Source of the DNA: the human T2T-CHM13v2.0 reference genome, Homo sapiens
NCBI RefSeq assembly: GCF_009914755.1
Contig: NC_060938.1
DNA: 64,000 nucleotides
Direction: 5' to 3' (one strand)
Positions 42,583 to 55,017 of this stretch are shown here, piece after piece; within the stretch, counting starts at the first letter, position 1; the number at the start of each line of letters is the position of its first letter. The translations under genes and the position numbers were made by a program. The notes beneath the pieces are model-generated. The model made no database searches and had not been told where the DNA came from. It worked only from the letters and a program-made list of their open reading frames with translations.

Positions 42583-45500
42583 GAAAGAGGCACTGAAGAG
42601 GGTAGTAAACACAACTTGAATCACTGATGCCACCCCTCCCCCCTTCCCTTGGCAGTGGCCATGTAATGCAGAGAGAAAAACTGTGCACTTGGTGGAGAAA
42701 CAGCACACTGCCTGGGAGACTTGGCATTGAACTCAGTACCATACTGCCCTGTCACAGCAGAAAGCAAAGCCATGCTAGGCTCATTTGGCACCCACCCATG
42801 AAGAGAACATTTCAATCAGCCCTAACCAGAATGGAATTACCCATTCCAGTGGTTGGAACTTGAGTTTCGGCAAGCATCACCGCCAAGTGCTAAAATCCTT
42901 TGGGGTCCTAGGTATACTTGAAAGGTAGCCTAGAACACAAGGACTGCAATTCCTAGGCAAGTCCTAGTGCTGGGCTGGGCTTACAGCCAGTGAACTAGGG
43001 TGGCCTATGACCTAGGGAGACACCAGCTGGGGCAGCTAAGGGAGTGTTTGCCTCACCCTTCTCCCAACTCCAGGCAGTGGAGCTCTCCTTCTGCTTGAGG
43101 GGAGGAGAGAGAAAAGTAAAGAGGACTTTGTCTTGCATCCTGGATACCAGCTCAGCCACATAGTATGGCTAGCTCATCCTTGGCTATAGCTTTTGGACAA
43201 CATTTCCAGGCAAACCCTGAGCCATAAGGGAATCTGCTGACTTGAAGGGAAGGACATTTGCCTAGCAGGATTCATCACTTGCTGACTAGAGAGTACATAG
43301 GCCCTGAATAACCAACAGGGATACCCAAGTAGTACACTGTGGGCATTGGGTGAGATTCTGAGAAATGCTGCCTTCAGGTGAGACTCAGCAAGTTCCCAAC
43401 TGTAGTGACTATAGCGAAAGAATCCTTCTGTTTGAGAAAAGCAAAGAGAAAAGTGAAGGGAACTTTTTGTCTTGCACCTTAGGTACCAGCTCAGCCACAG
43501 TAAGGTACAGCACCAAGTGAGTGCTTGGGGTTCCTGAATCTAGTCCTAGGCTCTTGGACAGCATTTCTGGACCTGCTCTGGGCCAGATGGGAGCCCACTG
43601 TCCTGAAGCATGAGTCCCAGGCCTAGCAGCAGTAACCACAAGCTGACTAAAGATGCCTCAGGCTTTAAGTCAACATTGGTGGTAACCTTGCAGAATTCCC
43701 CATGGCCCAGTCATGGTGCTGGCCACTGGAAAAGGCTCCTGTTGCTATGGAAAGGTGAAAGAAGAGTGGGAAGGACTTTGTCCTATGGTTTGAGGGCCAG
43801 TTTAGCTGCAGTAGAATAGAACACCAGATAGATTTGTGAGGTTTTTGACTCCAATATCTGGTCCCCAGATGGCATCTCTGGTCCCCAGATGGCATCTCTG
43901 GACCCTCCTGGGGCCTGGGTGAACTCAACGCCTAGAAGGGAAGGTCACAAACCTGGTTGGCTTCCCCACCTACTGATTGTGGAGCCCTAGGGCTTTGAAT
44001 GAATATAAGTGATAGCCAGGTAGTGGTTACAGCAAGCCTTGGGTAAGACCCAGTGCTGTGCAGGCTTGGGTAAGACCCAGTGCAGTCTCAGTGGTGGAAG
44101 CCACAGAGGTGCTTGCATCACTCCACCTGCAGTTTCAGGAAGCTCAGCACAGAGAGAGAGAGATTCCATTTGTTTTGGAAAAATAAAGGGACAAAACAAG
44201 AGCCCCTGCCTGATAATCCAGAGAATTCTTCTCAATCTTATTCAAGAATACCAAGGCAGTACTTCTATGAGTCTGCAAGAACTTCAGTGTTACTGAATTT
44301 AAGGATCAAGTGCCTTTAGATACCTGGAAAGCTGTCCCAAGAGGAATGGGCACAAACAAGCTGAGACTACAAAGACCACAATAAATGCCTAGCTCTTCAA
44401 GGTCCAGACACTGACAAACATCCACAAGCATTAAGACCATGCAGGAAAACATGACCTTACCAAAAGAACTGGATAAAGTACCAGGGACCAACCTGGGAGA
44501 AATGGAGATATGTGACCTTTCAGACAGAGAATTTAAATTAGCTTTGTTTGTTTGTTTGTTTGTTTGTTTAGGTAACTCAAAGAAATCCAAGATAATACAG
44601 AGAAGGAATTCAGAAGTCTATCATATAAATGTAATAAAGAGATTGAAATAATTTAAAAGAAGAATCAAGCGGAAATCATAGAGTTAAAAAAAGTAATTGA
44701 CCTGCTAAAGGATGCATCAGAGTCTCTTAATAGCAGATTTGATCAGGCAGAAGGAAGAATTAGTGAGCCTGAAGACAGGCTATTTGAAAATATAGTCAAA
44801 GGAGACAAAAAAGAATATAAAACAATGATACATGCCTACAAGATCTAGAAAATAGCTTCAAAAGGGCAAATTCAAGTTATTGGCCTTAAAGAGGAGGTAG
44901 AGAAGGAGATAAGGGTACAGAGTTTATTCAAAGGGATATTATCATAGATCTTCCCAAACCTAGAGAAAAATATCAGTATTCAAGTACAAGAAGGTTATAG
45001 AACACCAAGAAGACTTAAGCCAAAGAAGATTATCTTCAGGCATTTAATAATAATATTCCCCAAAGTCAAAGATAAAGAAAGTATCCTGAAAGCAGCAACA
45101 GAAATAAAACAAATAACATACAATGGAGTGCTAATACGGTTGGCAGCAGAGTTTGTAGTGGAAACCTTCAATGGAAAACTAGGAAAAAGTGGCATGACAT
45201 ATTTAAAATGTTTAAGGAAAATGCTTTTACCCTCAAATAGTCCATACAAATATATCCTTTAAGCATGAAGGAAAAAATAAAGGCAAACAAAAGCTGAGGC
45301 ATTTCAACACCAGATACCTGTCCTATAAGAAATGCTAAAAGGAATTATTCACTTTGAAAGCAAAGGATGTTAATGAGCAAGAAGAAATTATCTGAAGGTA
45401 CAAAACTCACTGGTAATAGCTAGCATGCAGAAAAACACACATTATTATAACACTGCAATTGTGGTATGTAAACTACTCTTAAGTAGAAAGACAAAATGAT

Positions 45501-46539
45501 GAACTAATCAAAAATAATAACTACAACAACTTTTCAAGACATAGTACAATAAGACATAAAGAGAAACAACAAACAGTTCAAAAGCAGGGGGACAAAATTA
45601 AAGTGTAGAGTTTGTATTAGTTTTCTATTTGCATGTTTGTTTGTTTATGCACTGAGTGTTGTCATCAGTTTAAAACAATAGATTACAAGGGTATTTGCAA
45701 GCCTTATGGTAACCTCAAATAAAAAACAAACATACAATGGATACATAAAAATTAAAAAGAAAAAAATTAAATCATACCACCAGAGACAATAACCTTCCCT
45801 AAAAGGAAGACAGAAAGGATGGAAATAAGGAAGAGAAGATGAAAAAGCAATCAAAAAACAAATTTTAAAACGGCAGGAATAAGTCCTTACTTATTAATAA
45901 TAACATTGGATGTAAATGGACTAACCTCTCCAATCAAAAGACATAAAGTGGTTGAATGGATTAATAAAAAAAAACCAAATGATCTGTTGCCTGTAAGAAA
46001 CATCTATAAAGATTCAAATAGACTGACAACTAAGGATGAAAAAAGATATTCCATGACAAAGGAAACTACAAAAGAGCAGGAGTAGCTATATTTATGTCAG
46101 CCAAAATATCAGACAAAATAGATTTCAAGATAAAAACTGTAAGTAGAGACAAAGAAGACCATTATATAATGATCAAGGGGTCAATTCAGCAAGAATATAT
46201 AACAATTGTAAATATATATGCACACAATGCTTGAGTACCCAGATATATAAACTCAATCTTATTAGAGCTAAAGAGGGAGATAGATGTCAATGCAGAAATA
46301 GCTGGAGATTTGAACACCCCTACTTTTAGCATTGGAGAGATCATCCGGATGAAAAATCAACAAGTAAACATTGAACCTAATCTGCACTATAAACCAAATG
46401 GACCTAATAGGTATTTACAGAATATTTCATCCAACAGCTCTATAATACAAATTCTTCTCCTCAGCACATGGATCATTCTAAAGAATAGACCTAGGTCACA
46501 AAACAAATCTCAGAACATTCAAAACAATTGAAATAATAT

Positions 46540-47255
46540 TGTGATTGCCCAACAAGTTCACCTTTCCCACACCCTAGACAGAGCCAATTCATCAAGACAG
46601 GGGAATTGCAATAGAGAAAGAGTAATTCACACAGACCCAGCTGTGCAGGAGACTGGAGTTTTATTATTCCTGAGCATTCGGGGATTGGTGTTTTTAAGGA
46701 TAACTTGGGGGTAGGGGATTGGAAAGAGTGGAGGGCTGATTGGTCAGTTTGGAGATGTAATCATAGGGGATTGAAGTGAATTTTTATTACTGTCTTCTGT
46801 TCCTGGGTAGGATTGCAGAACTGGTTGAGCCAGACTGCCAGTCTGGGTAGTGTCAGCTGGTGCATCAGAACACAAGGTCTGCAAAATATCTCAAATACTG
46901 ATCTTAGGTTTTACAAGTGATGCTATTCCCAGGAGCAATTTGGGGAGGTTCAGACTCTTGCAGCAGGAGACTGCAAGGTCCCTAACCCATAATTTATAAT
47001 CTTGTAACTAATTTGTTAGTCCTACAAAGGCAGACTGGTCCCCAGGCAATGAGGGTTCTTTTTTCAGAAAAGGGCTATTATTAATTTTGTTTCAGAGTTA
47101 AACTGTAAACTAAATTCCTTCCCAAGGTTAGTTCAGCCTATGGTCAGGAATGAACAAGGACAGCTTAAAGGTTAGAATTAAGATGGAATCAGTTAGGTCT
47201 GATCTCTTTCACTGTCATAATTTCCTCAGCTACGATTTTTGCAAAGGCAGTTTCA
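46540..47255 (-). mobile_element. LTR8-family (LTR8A/B-like) solo LTR (ERV1) in L1 ORF2
   Basis: Reverse strand begins tgaaactgcctttgcaaaaatcgtagctgaggaaattatgacagtgaaagagatcagacctaac; 4-bp TSD atat at 46536-46539 and 47256-47259. Confidence 0.88.
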
Positions 47256-50200
47256 ATATTAAGCATCTTTTTTGACTACAATGGAATGAAATGAGAAATC
47301 AATAATGAGGAATTTTGGAAACAGTACAATCACATGGAAATTAAACAATATGCTCTCGGATGACCAGTGGGTAAATGAAGAAATTAAGAAGAAAATTCAA
47401 AAACTTCTTCAAGCAAATGATAATGAAAACACAACCTACCAAAACCTATGGAATACAGCAAATGCAGTACTAAAAGGGAAATTTATAGTTATATGTGAGA
47501 AAAAAACTTCAAATACATAACCAATGATGCATCTTAAAGAATTAGAAAAGCAAGAGCAAACCAAACCCAAAAGAAGTAGAAGAAAAGAAAATAATAAATA
47601 TGAGAGGAGAAATAAATAAAATTGAAATTAAGAAAACAACACACACAAAAAAGAAAAAGCAAAAAAGATAACAAAAAAGAAAACAGCACAAAAGAACAAT
47701 GAAACAAAAATATTTTTTTGAAAAGATAAATAAAATTGACAATCAGAATAGTAAGTAAGAAAAAAGATAGAAGACCCAAACCAATAAAATCGGAAATGAA
47801 AAGAAGACATTACAACTGTTACTACAGACATTTAAAGGATCATTACTGGCTACTATGAGCAACTATATGCCAATCAATTGGAAAATATAGAAGAAATGGA
47901 TAAATTCCTAGACACTTACAACCTGCCAACATTGAACCAGGAAGAAATCCAAAACCTGAACATACCAATAGCCAGTAATGAGACCAAAGCTATAATAAAA
48001 AGTCTCACAGTTAAGAAAAGCCTGAGACCCAGTGGCTTCACTGCTGAGTTCTACCAATTACTAGAATTAATACCAACCTTGTTCAAACTATTCTCAAAAA
48101 TAGAGAAGGGAATACTTCCAATCTCATTCTAGAAGGTCAGTATTATCAACACCAAAACCAGACAAACACACATTAAAAAAAGGAAACTACAGGTCAATAT
48201 CTTTGATGAATATTGATGCAAAAATTCTCAACAAAATACTGGTGAACTAAATGCAACAATAAAACAAAAAGATTATTCATCATGACCAAGTGGGATTTAT
48301 CCCTGGAATACAACAATGGTTCTACATATACAAATTAACCAATATGATACATCATATCAACAGAATAGTGGACAAAAACCATATGACCATTTAAATTGAT
48401 GCTGAAAAAGCATTCGATAAAATTCAACATCCCTTCATGAAAAAATTCCCCAAGAAACTGGGTAAGAAGGAACATAACTCAACACAATAAATGTCATATA
48501 TGACAGACTCACAGCTAGTATCATACTGAATGGGGAAAACTGAAAGCCTTTCCTCTGAGATCTGGAACACAACAAGGATGTTCGCTTTCACCAATATTAT
48601 TCAATGTAGTACTAGAAATCCTAGTTATAGTAGTTATAGTAGTCAAACAAGAGAAAGAAATAAAGGCATCCAAACTGGAAAGAAAGAAGTCCAATTATCC
48701 TTGCTCGCAGATTATATAATGTTATATTTGGAGAAAGATAAAGATTCCACAGGAAAACTATTAGAACTGATAAACGAATTCAGTAAAGTTGCAAGATACA
48801 AAATCAACATACAAAAATCAGTAGCATTTCTATATGTCAACAGTGAACAATTCAAAAAAGAAATCAAAAAGTAATCCCATTTACAGTAGCCATAAATCAA
48901 ATTAAATACCTAGGAATTAACTTCACCAAAGAAGTGAAAGATGTCTACAATGGAAACTATAAAACACTGATGAAATAAATTGAAGAGGACAGAAAACAAT
49001 GGACAGATAGTTCATGTTCATGGACTGGAAAAATCAATATTGTTAAAATGTCCAAACTACCCATAGCAATCTACAGATTCAATTCAATCATTATCAAAAT
49101 ACCAATGACATTCTTCACAGAAATAGAAAAAAAAATCCTAAAATTTGTATGGAACCACAAGAGATGAAAATAGCCAAAACTATCCTGAGTAAAAAACAAA
49201 ACTGGGAGAATCAAATTACCTGATTTCAACTTATACTACAGAGCTATAGTAACCAAAACAGCATGGTACTGGTATAAAAACAGACACATAGACCAATGGA
49301 ACAGAATAGAGAACCCAGAATCATATCCATACATCTACAGTGAACACATTTTTGAGAAATGTGCCAAGAACATACATTGGGAAAAAACAGTCTCTTCAAT
49401 AAATGATGCTGGGTAAAGGGGATATCCATATGCAGAAGGATAAAACTTGACCCCTATCTCTTGTCTTATACAAAATCAAATCAAAATGGATTAAAGACTT
49501 AAATATGAGATCTCAAATTATGAAACTGCTGCAGGAAAACATTGGGGAAACTCTATAGGACATTTGTCTGGTGAAAAATGTCTTGAGTAATACCCCACAA
49601 GCACAGGCAACCAAAGCAATAATGGATAAATGGGATCACATCAAGTTAAAATGCATCTTCACAGGAAAGGAAACAATCAACAAAGTGAAGGGACAAATCA
49701 CAGAATGGGAGAAAGTATTTGCACACTACTCATCTCATAAGGAATTAATAACCAGAATATATAAGGACCTCTAAAATCTCTATAGGAAGAAAACCTAATA
49801 ACCTCATTTAAAAAATGAGCAGAAGATTTGAACAGAAATTTTTCAAAAGAAAATATACAAATGGCAAAGAGGCATATGAAAATGTGCTCATTATCATTCA
49901 TCATCAGAGAAATGAAAATCAAAACTACAATGAGATATCATCTAGCCACAGTTAAAATGGCTTTTATCCAAAAGTCAGGCAATAAAAAATGCTGGTGAGA
50001 ATGTGGAGAAAAAGCCTCATCCACTATTAGTGGAAGTGTAAATTAGTACAACCACTGTGAACAGTTTGGACATTCCTCAAGAAACTAAAAATGTAGCTAC
50101 TATACAATCCAGCAATTTACCCAATGGGGAGGTATCCAAAAGAAAGAAAATCAGTACATTGAAAAGATATCTGCACTCTGTATTTGCAGCAGTACTATTC

Positions 50201-50793
50201 ATAATAGCCAAGATTTGGAAGCAACCTAAGTGTCCCTCAACAGATGAATGGATAAAGAAAATGTGGCATATATACACAATGGAACATTATTGAGCCAAGA
50301 AAAATAATTTGATCCTGTCATTTGCAAAAACATGAATGAAATTGGAGGTCATTATGGTATGTGAAGTAAGCGAGGCACAGAAAGACCAACTTCATATGTT
50401 CTCACTTATTTGTAGGAGCTAAAAATTAAAATAATTGAACTCATGGAGATAAAGAGTGGAAGGAAGGTTACCAGAAGCTGGGGAGGGTAGTGGCATAGTT
50501 GGGGGCAAGTGAGGATGGTTAATGGTTACAAAAAGCAGTTAGAAAGAATGAGTAAGACCTAGTATTTGATAGCCCAACAGGGTGGCTATAATTAATAATA
50601 ATTAAATTATACATTTAAAAATAATTAAAAGAGTATAATTGGAGTGTTTGTAAAACAAGTGATAAACACTTTAGGGGGTGGATACCCCATTTACCATAAA
50701 GTAATTATTAGACATTGCATTCCTGTATCAAAGTATCTCATGTAACCCATAAATATATGTACTCACAAAAATTAAAAACTAAAATTTTTTTTA

Positions 50794-51150
50794 AAGTTTA
50801 ATTTATAAATTAGACACAGTGAGAGATTAAAAACAATAACTAATCAAAATAGAATGATTATAACAACCTACTGTAATAAAAGTTATGTGAATGTGGTCTT
50901 CCTTTCTTTCTCAAAATACCTGATTACACTTTACACATCCTGCTTCCTCTTGTGATGGTGTAAGATGATAAAATGCCTACATAGTGAGACGAGATGAGGT
51001 AAATTACAAAGGCATTGTGAGCTAGCATTTAATACTTATGAATTGTTTATTGCTGGAATTTTACATGTAACATTTTTGGACTGTAGTTGACTGTAGTTAC
51101 CTGAAGCTTTGGAAGGTGAAACCAAGGATAAAGGATGAGGGGAATACTGT
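50794..51150 (+). mobile_element. Tigger2a right part
   Basis: aagtttaatttataaattagacacagt...tactgtaataaaagttatgtgaatgtggtct...cttatgaattgtttattgctggaatttt...ggataaagg...tactg. Confidence 0.85.
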
Positions 51151-51894
51151 GCTTATTTGTTGAAAATATGAATAAATGTGGAACTGAATGTAATATTCAA
51201 AGAATTTTCCATTTAGTTTCAAGCCCTGCTTGTGTACAAATATTTTCTTGTTTTAGTTAGTTGCAATCAAGAAGCAAATCCTCTGGGATTCAACTTTTTA
51301 GTTAGACTATAGAATACGTGAGACTTACAAAGAGGGCATTATCTTAAAAGATAATTGCAAGTACTGAACTATACTTCTCAGGCAAATAAGCCCATCAAGT
51401 TTAATAAAATGTTGGGGTGCAACACAAGTGAAGTGGAAAGCTCTCAGAATTAAACTGACTTAAGTAGGCTTTTGATTTGTATAGGAAGTAGATTATTTGT
51501 CATTGATTTTCAAATCACTGGTTACACATCTAAATAGGCATAATTAACAGATATGTCTTGGTTTTGGAGATATTAACACTTTATGTCAAAAGTTGCTCTC
51601 ATAAAACATACTAGATAATGAGATCCTAGTGTGTATTTTATGATGTGTGTGAATCTGTATGTTTAAGCCTGAGAATATTAATGGTTTATGGACCAGTTAG
51701 TGCCTTTGGTTAAAATGAAATGATTATGCTAATGCACTTAATGTCATGAGTTGGAATCTTACAAAGTAGAATTCCCATTGAGTTATATATAGTATCTTCC
51801 ATGGTTGACAACTGCATGCCTTAGCTTGGCTATTTCCAAAATGTCTTGTTGATTCCAAAGGATGACATAAGAAAGTAGCAGCCATTTTCAGCCA

Positions 51895-51975
51895 TGTAAA
51901 TACAGTACAAGTAATAAGCACGATATCTAGCACATAGTAACTGTTCTGTAAGTATTAATAATTATTGGTACTACT
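51895..51975 (+). mobile_element. MIR 3' fragment
   Basis: taagcacgatatctagcacatagtaa...tattaatattatt. Confidence 0.5.
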
Positions 51976-54220
51976 ACACAACTGCAGTACTTTAAAGATA
52001 GCCAATAGGTTAGTTTCTACTAATAGTAAATAATATCAACTTCACAAATGAAGTTCACACACAGTTATAATAGATGGCTACAATTTTTATAGCTATGATA
52101 AATATTTGCACTTAAGAACATATGTTCTTTATTTCTACAAAAAATTGGCCTCTTCTTGACATCTGCAGAAGATCATTCTATTGGATAATGCTACCTAAAA
52201 GTGATTCTAGGTAGCATTTATAATTTAGGTATTTAGGTATTTAGAAAAGGTATTTAGAAAAACAGAGAGGAAAGAATAGAATGTTTGCTATTTTTATATT
52301 TCCTAGAAGATGTGCCCAATATTTACCAAGATCTGATAGTATTCAATACAAATTACAGAATTTTCAATCTGCATTTCTTCTGGCAAAGTCATTTGGATTA
52401 TAGTCATATCTATAATTTTATAATGTTAAAATCTTACAAGGGAAATAAACCTCAATTAGTTTACATTCTATTAGGCAATTAATCATAGTGTGTGTCTATT
52501 GAGAAAAAGAGGTAAAGATAATACCAGTGCATGAAGATTTTCTGGCAGGGCAGACAATAAAACTCACATAATCCTTTCACTAGAGTGAAGGTAGAACAAT
52601 GAGAGGGAGCTTTCAGGTCAACAGATTCGTACAAATCAAAAGCTGAAAGGGCCTTCTGGATAAGCACATATTATCTTGTAACACTGATTACAAAAGAGAT
52701 ATCGTCCACATTTTAATGTGACAATTGTCATAAGAGCCATGGCCTCCATAGCCGACCTTGAATAACATCAAATTTTATTGTGATTCCTTGTAAATTTTCA
52801 TAAAACATGATTAATTGCTTCTTCAATGACCTCTTTTACATCATTCCTCAGTCTGTTTATCTAGTGGTTCTAATTTTCAAAGAACTTCCTTTCTAATTTT
52901 ACTAAAATTAAGAAATCTTAAGCAATTTTTGCTATTCCTTGTACAAATCTACATTCCTTACTTTTTAGGGAGATTTGTCTTAGATGAAGCTTGGAATTGT
53001 AAACTCACATTAAAATATATAAGCTGGAGACACTGTGCTTAGGTAGAATATCTTTCATAAAAGAAGACATTTCTGGGATTTCCATACTAAAAATAGTAAA
53101 AATGTATCATTATATTAAGACATAAGAAAATGCCCTAATTAAAGGAAATTAATTATCTTCAGGAGAATTCTTTTTAAATAGATTTAAACCATATAATCTG
53201 AACTTGGGAGCAAAAATGTACAACTGCCAACAGTGTGAAGGGCAAATAATAGGTCCTGAACACATTTTATAGGATAGTGTGTGTCATTTTAGTAGGGGGT
53301 TCTTAATCCACATCAGCATGAAATGTTTCCTTGACAGTTGACAGAATTCATTAAAAGACGAATAAATCTCAGAATGAAATGTTAAGGAGAAATTGAACCT
53401 ATTATTTGGTCAACTATGTAGTCTGTCGGTAAATTTACCAGGAAAATGGAATGGCCCATTAACCCTAATGGGAAGGATAGCAAGGTGTCTGTGGAGTGGT
53501 GAGATTTAATTCATCAGTACCACACACTAATGGTAATTACTTAAAACATGTAGTTGGATCACATGGTGCTTTAAGTTACATAATTCAGACATTTTGTTAA
53601 CCAGGACATCCTGACCTTCTGTTTTCTGTCTCTGTAAGTCAGATAAATGAAATCTGTTCCAGGTAACGCTTGATGTAGTGTGTTTTGTATTTAATTGATT
53701 ATGGGAATACTTATAAAAGCAGTTTGTCAGTGTGCAATGCTACAAAATGCTGTCTAATTGGACATCAAATACGCTGGCCCCATTATACCCTAAAACGTGA
53801 ACAGAAAAGCTAAATCCAAAGATAAACTTTCCTCTATTATGAGCTGTGTTTTGGTAATTGATTTAATCACACTCTTGAACAATGATCCTGTTTCTGAGCC
53901 TTAGTTTCTTCTGTTGAACATGCAAGTGCTTTTTAAAATATATGTACTCAAATGTATGGCTGAATAACTTAATACCTACTGGGAATTAATGAGTTCTGTC
54001 TACTTAGTGTCAGGTTGGATGAAAACCATCTACCATTGAATAAGAAACTGGAAAAGCATCTACCACCAGATACAATTTTATTGTGGATATTCACTGTTTT
54101 GGTAAAGTAAAGTAAGAATACTGCATGTATCAAAAGAGTTCCAAGTATACACAGCAGCCAGAGTAAGAATGCACAATGAAGTTCAGGTCATGTCGGTCCT
54201 ATACTCAAAATCCTCCATTT

Positions 54221-54480
54221 CTAAATGTAATGTGGTATTCTAGATTAGATCTGAATCAAGAAAAGAGTAAAAAGACATTAGTGGAAAAACTGGAAAATCC
54301 AAACAAAGTCTGTAGTTTGGCTCCTAGTATTGTACCAATATCCATTTCTTAGTTTCAATAGATTCACTAAGGTTATATAAGATATTAACGTTAGGGGAAG
54401 CTGGGTGACATATATACAGGATCTGCATGGTATCTCAGTAACTTTTCTACATATTTAAAATTATTTAAAAATAAGGCATC
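54221..54480 (+). mobile_element. L1ME/MD-like 3' end
   Basis: ctaaatgtaatgtggtattctagatt...gacattagtggaaaaactgg...gtattgtaccaat...aggggaagctgggtga; flanks cctccattt / ccaccattt. Confidence 0.75.
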
Positions 54481-54752
54481 TATTCAAAACAAAACAACCA
54501 CCATTTGCTTCCCGCATCACACCTAGTAAAGCCAGAGGCCTTACCATATTCTACAAGTCCCTATGTGTTCTCTGATCTCAACTCTAATTGCTCCCTTCCA
54601 TGCTCACTGCTCTCCAGCCACACTGGCCTTCTTGCTCTTTCTCCAACACACCAGGCATGATCCCAATCCAGGGCCTTGGCAGGTGTTTCTTCTCTCCTTA
54701 AAACATCTCCCTCCAGATATCCACAAGGCTCACTCATATCCTTCCAGTCTTG

Positions 54753-54790
54753 CCCTAGAACTTAAAGTATAATAATAATTTTTAAAAAAA
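54753..54790 (+). mobile_element. Extremely 5'-truncated L1PA stub
   Basis: ccctagaacttaaagtataataataa is identical over 26 nt to the L1PA terminus at 26719-26744 and is followed by an A-tail. Confidence 0.75.
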
Positions 54791-55017
54791 GACATCAGTG
54801 AGGCCATGCCTGGCCTTGAATTATCTCCCTGCTAGAAAGTAAACTCTAAGAAGCTAGGGAAATTAGTAGATTTTTTTGTTTTCTGCATTATCCCCTGTGT
54901 CTAGAGCAACACTTAATAGATAGGGGCCCCCTGATTAATCCTGTTTGAATAAATGAGGTCCTTAAAATACATTGATAATCATCTAATGTCATAAAATCAT
55001 ATTTTTTGAATAAAGGG

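Larger units (their letters stand above)
54145..54958 (+). mobile_element. L2a (interrupted by an old L1 tail and a tiny L1PA stub)
   Basis: cacagcagccagagt...tcaggtcatgtc...ctccagccacactggccttcttgct...cagggccttg...gtttgaataaatga. Confidence 0.8.

Noticed and set aside
43050-43950. Three spaced ~330-bp repeats suggesting an array
   Set aside because: Internal repeat structure of the old L1 5'UTR; not CRISPR-like, as there are no short identical repeats with unique spacers.
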